Shown: positions 13,771-26,845, counted from the first letter of the stretch. The stretch is 64,000 bases of DNA from Bugula neritina (GCA_964035545.1 OZ037771.1:1003628-1067627), one strand, 5' to 3'. The notes: generated from the sequence alone by a model not told the origin. A program made the numbers and translations.

Positions 13771-14242
13771 GCATTTACTGTATACATTGTATACTGATAT
13801 TGATATACGTAATTATATGAATAAGGTACATAAGATAAATGATATGTTCCAACCTATCTTATGTATCCGTCAAAATGCTTCCGCATATTTGTATAACGAT
13901 TTTCTTTATTAAATATAAACTTCGAATTTTCATTTAACAGCTTTGTATTTTAATTTTTAATGTAAGTGCAATTTTAATCTTAAAAAATGTAATAAACTGT
14001 TTACAATCATCTCAACTCTAGAGTAGTCATGGAGAATATATATTTTGAAAGGACAACTCTAAAAAGTAAGATATTGCTGGCTGCAGCAGTTTTGTCATCC
14101 ACAATGAGGAAATTATTAACCAGCCAATCAGTAGTTGCTGACAAGATGCTTTGTCTTAAAAATATGAAAGTAGAAGTTCATGTTGACTGTTTACCCTCTG
14201 CTGGATAAGCAATTTATGGTAACTATTTCACTCTAAGTGAAG

Positions 14243-14287
<45 letters not shown>

Positions 14288-14626
14288 CCTTCTCAAACAT
14301 TAATTATAGTATATAGAGCCATTATAATTGAAATAGTTTATTTTTAAAATCACAAAACAAGTGTCTAATGATGCCATACACAGTTTGCAAAAAATGTGTT
14401 GTATTTATTTATGTCAATTTATATAATAATCTGCATCACAAAGTCTAGAAAATTATTTACTACATAAAACTAATAATTGCCTTACAAATATTCTTACACT
14501 TGTACAGATAATATATTGATCCATTGATTGGTGTAACTTTGTAACCCGTATAATATAATATAGCTGTTCTAATATCAACCTGCGTGTATTATATAACGTC
14601 CTTGTAGTGGTAGTAGGTATCTGTTT

Positions 14627-15798
14627 CTAAAAGGCGATAGCAAAGTCACCAAAGTGGGCTACATACTGGCATAATGTACCAAATATACTTCTGAAACATT
14701 CCAAGTTTTCACAGCAATCAGAGTGAGTGGAACATGACCCTGTAAAACATACACAGCCTCTGCATTTAGACATGCACCTGTGAAATAGGCATTGTCTTTG
14801 TATCTTGATTATTCCTCCTTATAGGGACCATAAATCTACGTAATACACAGAGAGCTGCTTACCTATGTTGAATAGAAAGAGCTAAACTTCTATCTATGGT
14901 GGTAGTGAATAGCTTAGCATACAAATCTTGAGGAATAAATCTAGAACATTGAAGAATATACACAAACTTACCATACCAAAGTGTGCATGAAGATCGCTTC
15001 TTCATATTTTTTGGGCCAGACAAATGTTCAGTCCTGGAAATTCAATGAAAACATGGTTACAAGGGTTATATATATCTAATAAAATCAAGGCTCTTGGTCA
15101 ATTCGTAGATTATTCCTTTACAGGATTATGCTCGTTTAGTTAAAAGCACTATAATATTTAATTATTTTAGTGGAATGTTTACCAGGTTTGAGGAGTTTTA
15201 GTCGGTATGCCTGTGCTGGGTACGCCATTTTTTTCTGTAACAATGATGTGCAATCTGTTACACTGTCCACATAAAATACGCTACTAGTTTCTGGTCAGAA
15301 AATGGAGATATATTGATCTAAACTATAAATGGAGCATCTATATTATCAAAGAACACAATCGCAACAACAGCTTTCACTTACCTGCTTCAACAGCCAGATA
15401 GAATCTGGAAGCATAATTATTTATTTAATCAATTTCAGACCAGAATTATCAGGTTCTAAGATAAAGAATAGAGAATGTTTTAATTCTGCTCTATAAAAAG
15501 TTTAAATTAAATCTACAAATGAATTCCTACCTTAATGGCTATATTAGCTCAACCCTAACTTTTCTGTAGTGCGTAAAAATAATATATACACTAGGATAGT
15601 GTTTGTGAAATTGTAAAATATAACTCCCGTCACTTATGTTGAAGTATACACAGCAGGCTTTTTATTGCAATTGTAGTCTTATTAAATGAAGCTTGAATTA
15701 GCTAATGAATGAAGTATCTTACCTGTGGACTGGACGCTGTTGGTAAACATACCAACTGCTAGAGTAAGTAGTATTAGCAAATATAAACCTCCCTTCAT
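14627..15798 (-). CDS. Secreted inhibitor-cystine-knot (knottin) prepropeptide, paralog 1 (~100 aa)
   Basis: Exons 15798-15723, 15234-15183, 15033-14972 and 14739-14627 splice in frame: MKGGLYLLILLTLAVGMFTNSVQST-EKNGVPSTGIPTKTPQTW-TEHLSGPKNMKKR-SSCTLWYGSCSTHSDCCENLECFRSIFGTLCQYVAHFGDFAIAF*. Cys spacing is C-X6-C-X5-CC-X4-C-X8-C. TATA-like ctatataaa at ~15856-15864 and AATAAA at 14409-14404. Confidence 0.8.
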
Positions 15799-17799
15799 GA
15801 TTTTCTCATCTACTTCAGCATAAGCTGTCATTGCAGTTATAAACAGTGTCTTTAATTTATATAGTAGTGCAAACTATACAATTTGTGTACAATTAAAGTA
15901 GCAATTATGGTAAGAAATTTAAGGTTTAAACAATTCTCTGTATAATAGTAGACTTTAGGCTATAAATTAGTGTAAACCTTATTAATATAGACTATATAAC
16001 CTATTCTATTACAGAGGTATAACTAATGTAAGGAGAGTGATGAGGTCATTGAATTGAAATGACTATAATTCAGATGTCACTGATGTTCCTCATCATAATA
16101 GAATGTGTTGGGCAACCAGTTCCATGCTGTGCAGACAAGAACCTAGCCGAGAGTCAGTATGCACTCTCCTTGTGTGCAATTGTCAGCATAATTGCTATGT
16201 AAACAGGATCAAATACTTTTTATTATACGTCTTTGCAGTTTGCAGGTGATAATTTCATTTTCTACGTCAATTTAACATATAATAACATATTATATTATAT
16301 GGCAAAACATTTATAAAACAATATTTGGCTAAATTTATAGTCGACTTTTATGAAAAATGTTTTCTCCGATGGAAGTGTAATAAAGTTTAATAAAGTGATG
16401 ATGTGTATTTGTGTTTCTATATACTTTCACAGCAAGTTTTGGGAAATATTCAAATTGACAGCTAAACCTAGAGATTTATTAACACAGGCTAACAGTGATC
16501 AAATATAGTTCATACTTTTCACCTAGAAACTTAGTATGCCAAGTAATTCTCTGATATGATATTAAGAAGTGGTTAATGTATTCAAAACTGCAAACTCAAG
16601 TTATTATTCTTTGCTACATCAACATACAAATTTGTATTAATATTTTTTAAAATTTCTTATTGTTATAGTATTTTATTTAATAAGTAAATTAGGCCACTTC
16701 CAGTGATACAGTTATATTTTTAGTTGTACTTAGAATTGAAAAATTAATGCTGTATAAAGAAATCTTGGAAATATCAGGTTAAAAGGCTTACTAAGGCACA
16801 TTATGTTGACTGGCAACGCCAACTCTTGATGCTACATGATTATATGATTTAGAGAATAAAAATTATACAATAGCTTCCAGAATCTATAGGGAATTATGCA
16901 ATTACCTTAGTCGTTTTCAAATAATTGATAAAATTGACTGCAATGCGGCAGATAATACATTTATATGTCTGTAATGCCTCCTTTTCTTTGAGTTAATTCT
17001 GTAATAGTTGGTTGCACTTTCATTTAACATCTTTCAAACATATTTCGGCATTAATTTGTAGTTTCTGAAACTGTTTGTATCATAATAGGTATCTGAGGTA
17101 ATTTCTGTATGCTATGCTTCTTGAAAGTAACTTGAAGTTTGCAACACTTGATCAGGTTTTAAATGCATTCAAAACCAAACATGAAGAGTTTATAGTATGA
17201 TAACTAATATGGTTATAGTCATAGGTTAATGAATGTTGATGTATGAAATTGCGATTGAATACATCTCTGTCTAATTTAATCTGCAACAATGTTTATGATA
17301 TGAGAGCTAAGCCATTTGATTTTATTATCTCTGAGGAAATCAACTAAGGTTGTTGTACTGCATAAAACCATTGTACCTCTGAATAAAGTACCTACTATCT
17401 ACCCATGATCCCACACAAGTTAATTAGTGCTTTAGTTCTTATATTATATTCTGCCTCCTAATTTGGCATTTAATTGTACATCCAAACAGGAAAAGTTTGG
17501 GCATTATTTTGTAATAAAACATGACATGAAGTTTAATCTCGTGAAAGATTATCAATATTGCTCTCAAAAGAGATTATCTTGTGAAGTTATTTCTAAAACT
17601 GCATAAAATCTTTATAGCTTTGGAAAGAAGATATGAAGAAGGGATAAGCATGGATGTTTATTAGAAGCAAGAAAGTGTCTACAATAATTTAAAACAAACA
17701 AATCACCTAGCATATTGTAAATGTAACTAAATTTAATTGATATTTCATATTACTGTCAAAAATTACTACCTTATCAGTTACACATATCCTAATTTATTT

Positions 17800-18496
17800 T
17801 TAAACAATAATTTGCAGAGTTCTTCCACCTATGACTTTTACAACATGTACAACTCGGCAGTGTGCCCCATTAGAGCCAGTTAAGCATTTCTGTGTTCCAC
17901 AGCAATCTTCGTCTTTATTACATTTTGCTACAAGTAAAATAGTATATAGTTAGTATGGAAATACTCTCTATAGCAAGAGAGGGCAAATCCTAACATAATC
18001 ACTCTACACAGATTAGAGAAGTACCAACTATTTCATTCACACCTTAACTATTGCCATGTGAACTTTTGTTTAAGAAACTATAAAACTGACAATTTAACAG
18101 CTCTGACTTTTGCATAATATAATCAAACTTTTCGTCATAGGAGACAAAAAATAAGGAGAGTAATTATTGTGCAATGCCATGAATATAATTGGCAGCATCA
18201 CCTCTCTACTTACCAAACCATTTTAAACACTCTGTTGAACGTTTCTTCAAATGCTTTTCAACAGGAAAGCGTTTGTTCCTGAAATAATTATTTAATGAAT
18301 AAGAAAATTATTTAATTTTTTGGTTGAAAATTGAAAGTTGACTATATGATATTGCGTGTTGGTGCTCAATCTTTTTGAAAGCATGATGAAATACATTGAT
18401 ACAAGTGTTAATATAGCAACATATTATAGTAAACGGTATTTGCATGAAAGTTCAACCTCAATATATAACCAACAGTGTATAAGTTATTAATTGCAC

Positions 18497-18551
<55 letters not shown>

Positions 18552-19447
18552 CGTGTGTGTGAGTGTGTGTGTGTGTGTGAGTGTGTATGTGTGTGCGCCT
18601 GTTCGCTTGTGAGTATGCCTGTAATCACTTACAATGTCTCAAAGGTTTTGCTGTGCTCTGATTGGTTGACTTTAGATGACTCATTGTTGCCATTGATATC
18701 TACAATACAGCTAAGTAAAAAGTCACATTCTGTCCATGTAAGTATATATTACATTTTGACAGCAGTGATGCAATACTTATACTTTATTAGCAGTTTATTT
18801 CATTCAATAAATCACTGGCAAATAATGAGCTAGAATATGTGTTTGTTTATGCTGCCAAGGCAACAGGTTTCACTCCTATAAAGGTCAAGGATGTTTACAA
18901 GGAGTGCAGCAAATCCTTCATAAAATCCACACAATAAATTGGTTGGATTTTGGTGTTTAGATTATTCTGATAAAATCTCTGACTACCAGAACTGTAAATT
19001 GAAGCTCCTCCTATGATTGCTCAGTGTTCACCTGAATAAAAACTCACGTACACAAGTTTATAGCCGCCATCCCTGTGAGAAAACCCATGATGGGAGCTGT
19101 TTTTTTTGTTAAATCGGGCCAAGATGGGATACAGGAGCAATTATGACTTGATGCTCTTCCTAACATCAGCAATGGCCTTTGTGGGGGGGGCGGAAGTGGG
19201 GGGGGGAGTGGCTCGAACCCATTACTTCATGCTTACTAGGCAAGCGCTTTAACCCCTACACCACTGCTGCTCCCCATTCTTCACCTCAATACTTCCGATT
19301 AACATATAACAATAAAGCTACATCCTAAAACCACACAAGATAGAACAGATGCCTGCATATCTTACCTGTAGACAGTTCTTGTTTGTTTTCACCAAACACA
19401 AGAGCTAAGAGAGTAGCAAGTGAACACAGAAATATAGTGACTTTCAT
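17800..19447 (-). CDS. Secreted inhibitor-cystine-knot (knottin) prepropeptide, paralog 2 (~113 aa)
   Basis: Exons 19447-19366, 18699-18633, 18278-18214 and 17927-17800 splice in frame: MKVTIFLCSLATLLALVFGENKQELST-DINGNNESSKVNQSEHSKTFETL-NKRFPVEKHLKKR-STECLKWFAKCNKDEDCCGTQKCLTGSNGAHCRVVHVVKVIGGRTLQIIV*. Same Cys spacing and intron phases (1,2,1) as paralog 1. AATAAA lies just after the stop. Confidence 0.85.
18498..18596. repeat. (GT)n microsatellite in knottin-2 intron 2
   Basis: Nearly pure gt dinucleotide run. Confidence 0.95.
19060..19275 (-). mobile_element. tRNA-derived SINE-like element in knottin-2 intron 1
   Basis: Minus strand begins ggggagcagcagtggtgtaggggttaaagcgcttgcc (A-box-like), followed by B-box ggttcgagcc (~19219-19210), then a GC-richer body (aggaagagcatc...). 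Does not look like an intact tRNA. The 3' boundary is approximate. Confidence 0.6.
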
Positions 19448-20664
19448 GTTTTCTTGAGGTGTTGTGTTGCTGTAAGAGAAATGTTTCTATTGATATAGGT
19501 GCTGCTGAAATACCAAAGACTGTTGTTGCAACACCAACTCAGAGGGGATTAGGCAGTTATTATTCAAATAACACAGCAATTTGTTGCAGTCTTGCTGGGT
19601 GTCACTTACTAGGCCAGTTATTACTGCTTTAAATGATTATCATTTATTCTTAATGTAAGAGGTTGTTGCCTTTTGAGGCTGTACAAGCATGACTCATCAA
19701 CTGGGCAAAGAACTTATCAAGCCTCTCATCTCACCAGTTATTTCTTTATAACTTTTGAAGTAAAGCTAAATATCTCTGCTGTTTATTAAATGCTGAGCTG
19801 TAATGAGCAGTTAAATCAACTCAGTTAGAAGCCTATATTTTGCAATAGCCGCTTGTACAAGTAATTTTAAGCAAAAGTATAAATTAAAGCACATATGTAT
19901 TTATTTGTAATTAAATAATATAAGATGACTGTTGTATATAGATATGTTGTATCAGTTGTATCTTGCGACAGGAAGACTGAAATTCTCTACTAGGCAACAA
20001 TGTTCAAACCACGACTAGCTAAATACATACTGAACAGCTACATAAATACCTACTGAAGAGTTAAACACATACTTTTAGAGCTCTGTTGGCATTGATCTTT
20101 AGAAAATGAGCTGAAATCCACAAGTGTGTTAGAATGTTATTTTAGGTAAAGGTAAAGGACTTGCCATTTGTTTGGTTTATGTGATTACTATATATATTAT
20201 AAATATAAAACATGTTTCTGTTGCATGTAAGTTTATTATAATAATATAATAATAATAATGGTTGTGGTTTGAGTGGAAAACAGAGTTTTTAGAAAAGATC
20301 TGACATTATAAATGCGGGGAGGGGCACAATCAAGTGGGCACATCAGGGGAAATAACTTCCAATATAATAGTATGTAAAGGATAGAAAAAACAAATGGAAA
20401 TATTAAAGAAAATTATAGAGATTCTATGATAGTCTAGACTTTTACTTAGTGAATACAGAAATAATTAGTAAATATAATGTAATATAGAACAAAATAAACA
20501 GTACTGTGTTTATAAAAGCTAGTAAAAATAAAACATTTGATAGCAAAATCAACAATTCTCAGGAAATCAATAAAGGAATGCTTGTCTCCAAAAGCTAATT
20601 ACACTAGAGAAATGAGCAAATAACTTAGTTTTATTTATCGATTCAAATGGGGGGGAAAGCTTTG

Positions 20665-22154
20665 CTAAATATCAGGGTTGGTGGAGACGCTGGTTGACCT
20701 CCCCAACTTTGAGTGTTCAGTTACTAAGACTAGCTTCCATAGAAAAGGTGCCATCATTAGACTGAGAGTAGAAACACTGAGTATGAGGAGATACACCTGA
20801 GAATACAGGTAGAAAAAGTGGTAGAGCACAGGCTAACACATAGGAAATTGTTACTAGCACATCTACATAATATTTATATAATATAATATGATACAGCGTA
20901 ACATGGGTATAATATAATATAACACTAAAATACTAAGTAACATAAAAGTAGAAATCTTATTTTAAAGAATATACTACATAATACATATCATTAAACTGAT
21001 ATGTTATAATATAAATTTAATAGATGCATGCAGCATATAAAATGGAAAACTAAAGTGTACCTGTTACAGACTCAACATTTGTTAGAACCTGATCCCTAGC
21101 AATGAAAAGTTTGCTATTGAAGCTAAATTAGACTAAGTAATTACTAGAGCTAAGGCTGAGTAGTTACTGGAACTAAGGCTGAGTAATGACAATACACTGT
21201 ATATAAAAATAACACAGCTGTGTGCTACACTCAGTCTCATGTCAAAAGCTAGAGTCATCTTAGAAGCACAACTTAGCCTGTGCTCTAACACAGCTACAAC
21301 AACCCCACACTAACCTCTCTGGATATGAGCTGTAGATGTCTGGCTCTAGAGCTAAGGACAAATGAGAATTCGCTGACTTGAGACAAACCGGCAGCTATTA
21401 TAGACGAGTATTTTCTGGAGAGTTTAGGGAGAGACAACTTCATCAAAAGGAAGCTGATGCCAAACTACAGCAGATATTATTAAATTACAGAACTTGATTA
21501 GCCTGTGATCCATATAAAACCATGTGAGTGGCAAAAGAGCCTTGTGGGATATTTACCTTAAATGACACCACTAACACTGTAGCTAGGGCTAACAGCCCGA
21601 GTTCCAACAGCACAAAGGAAGGAAAGACATGCAACCCTACAACATTTAATAAAAGAGCATAAGTAGAAGGAGACAACTTCAAACAGAGAACAGCTGCAAT
21701 ACAAAACTTACATGTTTAGTTACAAAAGCTCAGTTACACTGGTACAGTCTATGGCATAGCTGTGGCAGCAATAAAGGGGAGGTTATTTTACAATAGAATG
21801 AATAGAGTGTTAAAAGGTGGTGGTGTGTTGGGAAGAATACTGCTGGTAGAAAACCAGCCTCTCACCAACTGCAGTGAAGAAGATAGATGACAGGAAGTCT
21901 TTGATTGGAGTAGCTAGAGTCTCCACCTTCTCTGCCAAACTCTCTCCGCCCGCACTTATGATGGACCCGGCCAGGAAACAGCCCAGCTCCATGGAGATGC
22001 CGAGTTCAAAGGTCACCTTTCGAATGATGTCACAGAATTAGTTAGTTATATACAACCCTAAGACAGCGGCTCTTAATACATGAATACAATAGTATCTACT
22101 CCACATCACAGTACGTACAGAGACTCATCTACTAGTATATATATATACATATAT

Positions 22155-22204
<50 letters not shown>

Positions 22205-25200
22205 ATTATAGTTACTTACCCACATCATAGCAAACACTAGTCCAGTGGAGGTCAAGGTTAACATTTCTGTACTCAAACTTGCGATCACTAGACTGGTTTT
22301 CTGCACCAGCTTTACAAGAGCCGCTGACAACGCCCCAATAACAAGGAAGGCTGTAAACATGAAGTAAAGATAGAGCCATGAAATAACCACACAAGTATTT
22401 TGTCACTAGCTCCTAGTCAGCACGATTTATGTCAGGGCCACTAACATCAGCATATATCTAGCTACAAACACTATAGAATATGCCGCAGGTTTCTCAAATT
22501 AAATGAAACTACAAAAACTATGCATACAGAGTTGAAGAAGAAAAAAGAGAAATATTCAAATGAAGTTAACTGTGCCACACCTAGTAAAACTTGAGCAAGG
22601 AGTCCAGCTGACTTGAGAACACTGCCATGGCCGGCCAGAGCAGGTAAGAATGCCACTAGCATTCCCATGAGAATATCTTGAAATACTAGAATACCTAGCA
22701 ATACGTCTGTGTACACCAGTTTGTTAGCTGATCTGTGATTGGGTGAACCTGCAACACACATATCACCAGCGGTTTAACATTTCAATGCTTTGTTGAGAGA
22801 AGTTTGAACTAACAGTATTTAAGGGAGCAAATTTGCACACCACTGTCAGAACCCCCTTTATTTCTCTGCCGCTACCATAACACCCCTAACCTATACACCA
22901 CTGCCAGAATAACCTTTACATTTACACCACTTTTAGAGTGCCCTTCACCTGTAAACCACTGCTAGAATACCCCTGATGACTACAATACCCTTTCCCTTCT
23001 ACCACTGCTAGAACATACCTCAAATTTAGTATCTGTGTATCAGAAGAGCAAATAGTGTATTAGTTAGGTAACAAAGGTAAGTACATAAGCTTTCCTATGG
23101 ACAGCAAGCAACAGGTAACTTCCCTGTGTACACCACATAGCTTACAGCTATTTATTTGACCTAGTTCTACCGATAGCAGGAACTGCACTCACCTGAGCAG
23201 ATTCAACTGTGAAAATACAGGTATGTGTACTACATGTATACAGTATGTGTACTACATGTATACAGTATGTGTACTACATGTATACAGTATGTGTACTACA
23301 TGTATACAGTATGTGTACTACAGGTATACAGTATGTGTACTACAGGTATACAGTATGTGTACTACATGTATACAGTATGTGTATTACAGGTATACAGTAT
23401 GTGTACTACATGTATACAGTATGTGTACTACATGTATACAGTGTGTGTACTACATGTATACAGTATGTGTACTACAGGTATACAGTATGTGTACTACATG
23501 TATACAGTATGTGTATTACAGGTATACAGTATGTGTACTACAGGTATACAGTGTGTGTACTACATGTATACAGTATGTGTACTACAGGTATACAGCATGT
23601 GTACTACAGGTAGTCTAGAGATACCTTCTCTGCTGGAAGAGTTAGTGGCGCCAGATATGAGCTTCAGGACCAGAGGGGTGCTGCTGAGGGAGAAGCAAGC
23701 AGCAATAAATGCACTCTCACTGAAGGATGACTTGGAGATGGTCAGCGATAAGAGAACAGCACATAGCACCATGAGAGCCATAACGCCCGCACTGCCCACC
23801 AGAGAGATGAACAGCACCTGTGTGGTATAAACACCTGTGTAGTATAAACACCTGTGTGGTATTAACACCTGTGTGGTATAAACACCTGTGTGGTATAAAC
23901 ACCACCTGCGTGGTATAAACACCACCTGCGTGGTATAAACACCACCTGTGTGGTATAAACACCTGTGTGGTATAAACACCTGTGTGGTATGATTTAGAGA
24001 GCAAATAAAAGAGATTATAGACACAGAGAGTAACAGCAAGCACCTGTCTACCAAGAGCACCTGTCTATCAAGAGCACCTGTCTATCAAGAGCACCTGCTG
24101 CATACAGATAACTAAGTAGAAACACGAACCTGTTTGATACGTTTGGGAGAGAACTCCAGGCCGACTGTGAACATTATGAAGAAGACGCCAAGCTCAGCGA
24201 GAGTTTCTATCTGCACAATTGAAGAGAGGAGGTTGAGAGACGCGGGACCAAGTATGACTCCGCATAATACTTGTCCAAACATGATGGGCAGTCCAATGAC
24301 AGAGCTGGCATGTCCCATGATAGTACATAGCACCATGATGTATACCAAGTCCTGCAATATGTATTACTAGTATTATATTTATGTATTACTAGTAATATAT
24401 TATATGTATTACTAGTATTATATTATATGTATCACTAGTTATATATTCTATGTATTACTAGTATTATATTATATGTATTACTAGTAATATATTATATGTA
24501 TAACTAGTAATATTGTGAGACATATTATATATTACTATTTACTAGTAATAACAAAAATATATTACATATATTAATATATATTATATATTGCTAATAATAG
24601 TGTGATATATAATATATTATCAGTAATAACGTATACTATAATATGTATTACTAGTAATAATGTGAGATATTATATACATTACTAGTAATAACATAAGATA
24701 TATTATATATTACTAGTAATAACATACGATATTATATATATTACTAGTAATAAAGTGAGATCTTCCAGCGGGCGAGTGGAGTCTTGACCTCTACTTAATA
24801 TAAACTGACGGCCATCAGCGTCTTCAAGTCTGGGAATACCATCTGCAGACTCCAGTCTAACCACGGCCTCAATATTCTCACCCTGTTTTCCTAACTGCAA
24901 CAGACGACAACTCCAGTATACTGCTAATGAATTGAGATACAATTTATGACACGAATGACCTTCACATTGCAGTTCACAACTTATAGCCTACTTTTCTCTG
25001 CTCAATAGCATCATCCTCTTGAATATTGTCCCCCAGCCCTTCCTCAAGTTCGTCAGCGGCGTCTGCAACTTGTGACAGGATTTCCTCAATTATTCCACCT
25101 TCCTTCTGAGAGTTGTTGATCTCAACAGTTTTCTGCAAAACACAGCCACAAGTGCTACTACTACAGCCACAAGTGTTACTACCACAGCCACAAGTCTTAC

Positions 25201-26293
25201 TACCATTACCGCAGCAATAAGGTGATGTATCATAAAAAGCTTTAGAAAAACTGGTGTTTAGTAAAAGAGCAGTCAAATTTGATGCGCTTTAGAAAAAGAA
25301 ACCTACAAATTATTTGAAAGCTATTAGAAACCAAACAACGTTGTGAACTGGCTATAATATTGTGCCGTACATTGATATCTTTCTCAGCGAGCTGTAGCTG
25401 GTGGTAAACTTGCTCCTCCTGGAAAGTAGCATCTCTCAGGTATTTGAGTCGACTCTCTATGCTCTCCTTCATATGACTGTAGTCCTGGTAACACAGTATA
25501 TAGCTGCTATTATATGGTAACACAGTATATAGCTGTAATTACATGGTAACACAGTATATAGCTGTTATTACATGATAACACAGTACATATTCTGCATGGA
25601 ACTGATATTATATGGTAGCATTTCACATCCCCACTATTTATATTCTAAACTTACCTTGTACTGGCCAACCAGACTCTGAGTGAGCCAGTCTATTGTCTGA
25701 TAAATTGTCTTCTCGTGAAAGTCGAGCTGCTCTAGGAATATTTTTATTATACTAATTTGTGGGTCAGCCGAGTCGGAATTTCCTACATGTTTTGCTTTAT
25801 CTAAAGGAGAAAGATGACGCAGCAGATTACATATCTAACTACTGAACATAATCTGAACTGAGTTGGAAGATATCCGAGTGTAAATTTAATGGTAATAATC
25901 ATAATACATGAATGCTGACCTCAACAAATGAGACAACAGAGTAATGGCCACTCACCAACTGCTAACCTTTCTGCTATAGCATTCAGTTTAGTAACAGCTA
26001 GTTTCTTCTTGTGTACAGCTGTACTTAAATCATGGCAAATACCATCTTGCTTACGTTTGGCATGTCTATTGACTACTTTCAGATCTCTAAGCATCTGCCA
26101 ATGACATATCAACAGAGCATAAAACACACAGCATTATTGCCTACACTTGATATCACTCAACACTGAATACACGAGGAATGTATACCTTAGGTGTGTTATT
26201 AGGAAAGGTTTTGTAGAATTGGGGAGTCTTTCCAAAGGCACACTCTAGTTGCACGGAGACAGACATGGCTAATAGAATTGGTATATTATACAT
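20665..26293 (-). CDS. TMCO3: Transmembrane and coiled-coil domain protein 3 (KefC/CPA2-like cation/H+ exchanger family)
   Basis: Signal peptide MYNIPILLAMSVSVQLECA (ATG at 26293), coiled-coil exons, then LEDADGRQFILSR, IVQIETLAELGVFFIMFTVGLEFSP, SLSSTPLV, LLGILVFQD, ISMELGCFLAG, SIFFTAVGLHVFPSF, SEFSFVLSSRARHLQLISRE|VYLLILSVSTLSL; stop at 20665-20667. Confidence 0.92.
23216..23612. repeat. 22-bp minisatellite just inside the TMCO3 donor at ~23625
   Basis: gtatgtgtactacaKgtataca, ~18 copies. Confidence 0.95.
23815..23990 (-). repeat. 17-20-bp minisatellite copying acceptor + exon start
   Basis: TTTATACCACACAG|GTG, ~9-10 copies; true acceptor at 23818/23817. Confidence 0.93.
24358..24752 (-). 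repeat. Degenerate ~23-bp minisatellite filling an entire TMCO3 intron
   Basis: TATTACTA|GTAATA core identical to the exon end/donor at ~24745. Confidence 0.85.
25486..25590 (-). repeat. 29-bp repeat of the acceptor region
   Basis: cagctatatactgtgttacca, 3-4 copies; the last reads ...ttaccag|gac. Confidence 0.85.
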
Positions 26294-26611
26294 CTTGAAC
26301 TGAAACATAAATAATGGAGCAAATCATTAGATTAGATAGACCTGCACATTTGTAAAACACATGGTTGTGTGAACATTGCCATTTTCCTATTCGGATAAAT
26401 GACAAAGCCAAGTTCCTAAGGCTATTAAAAATATCTATTTAGTATTTATTTAGTTGTGTTTATAACAAATAAAAACACTATGTAACTGAATTATTAAAAT
26501 TGATCTGAATAAAATAATAAATATTTTTATTCATTTTGATTTTATTATTAATTTATACTTTATGGAAATGAATCTATGATAATATTAATCATAATGATAG
26601 TGATACGTAAT

Positions 26612-26763
26612 TGTTGTATTATAATGTACTCGCTATAATGTTACGCTTTTATTAGGTCAAGGTTACCTTCAGTTTGAATAAAGTTATTGCCATGTTAAAT
26701 ACAATACTTGCTCGTGTTCACTAACAAAATATAATCCACTTCATCCGCAACCATAATATTACA
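26612..26763 (+). repeat. 5' LTR (152 bp)
   Basis: tgttgtatt...attaca; contains AATAAA; identical to the 3' LTR. Confidence 0.97.
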
Positions 26764-26777
26764 TGGTGGCCAGTACG
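26764..26777 (+). other. Primer-binding site, complementary to the tRNA-Ile(AAU) 3' end
   Basis: TGGTGGCCAGTACG directly after the LTR is the complement of ...CGTACTGGCCA-CCA, the metazoan tRNA-Ile(AAU) 3' end as I recall it. Confidence 0.8.
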
Positions 26778-26845
26778 TGTTGCTGAAACCAAGTTAAAGT
26801 TATTAGCTATTTTAAATTTACAAAGTTAAAGTGTGTTTTATCGCT

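Noticed and set aside
19200-19275. Functional tRNA gene
   Set aside because: A/B boxes are present but there is no convincing acceptor stem; it continues into a SINE-like body.
23209-23830. Cys/Tyr-rich repetitive ORFs in three frames
   Set aside because: Stop-free 22-bp minisatellite antisense to TMCO3; no coding signal. The same applies to the ORFs at 11713, 35060, 37231, 43549, 47216 and 54451-54862.
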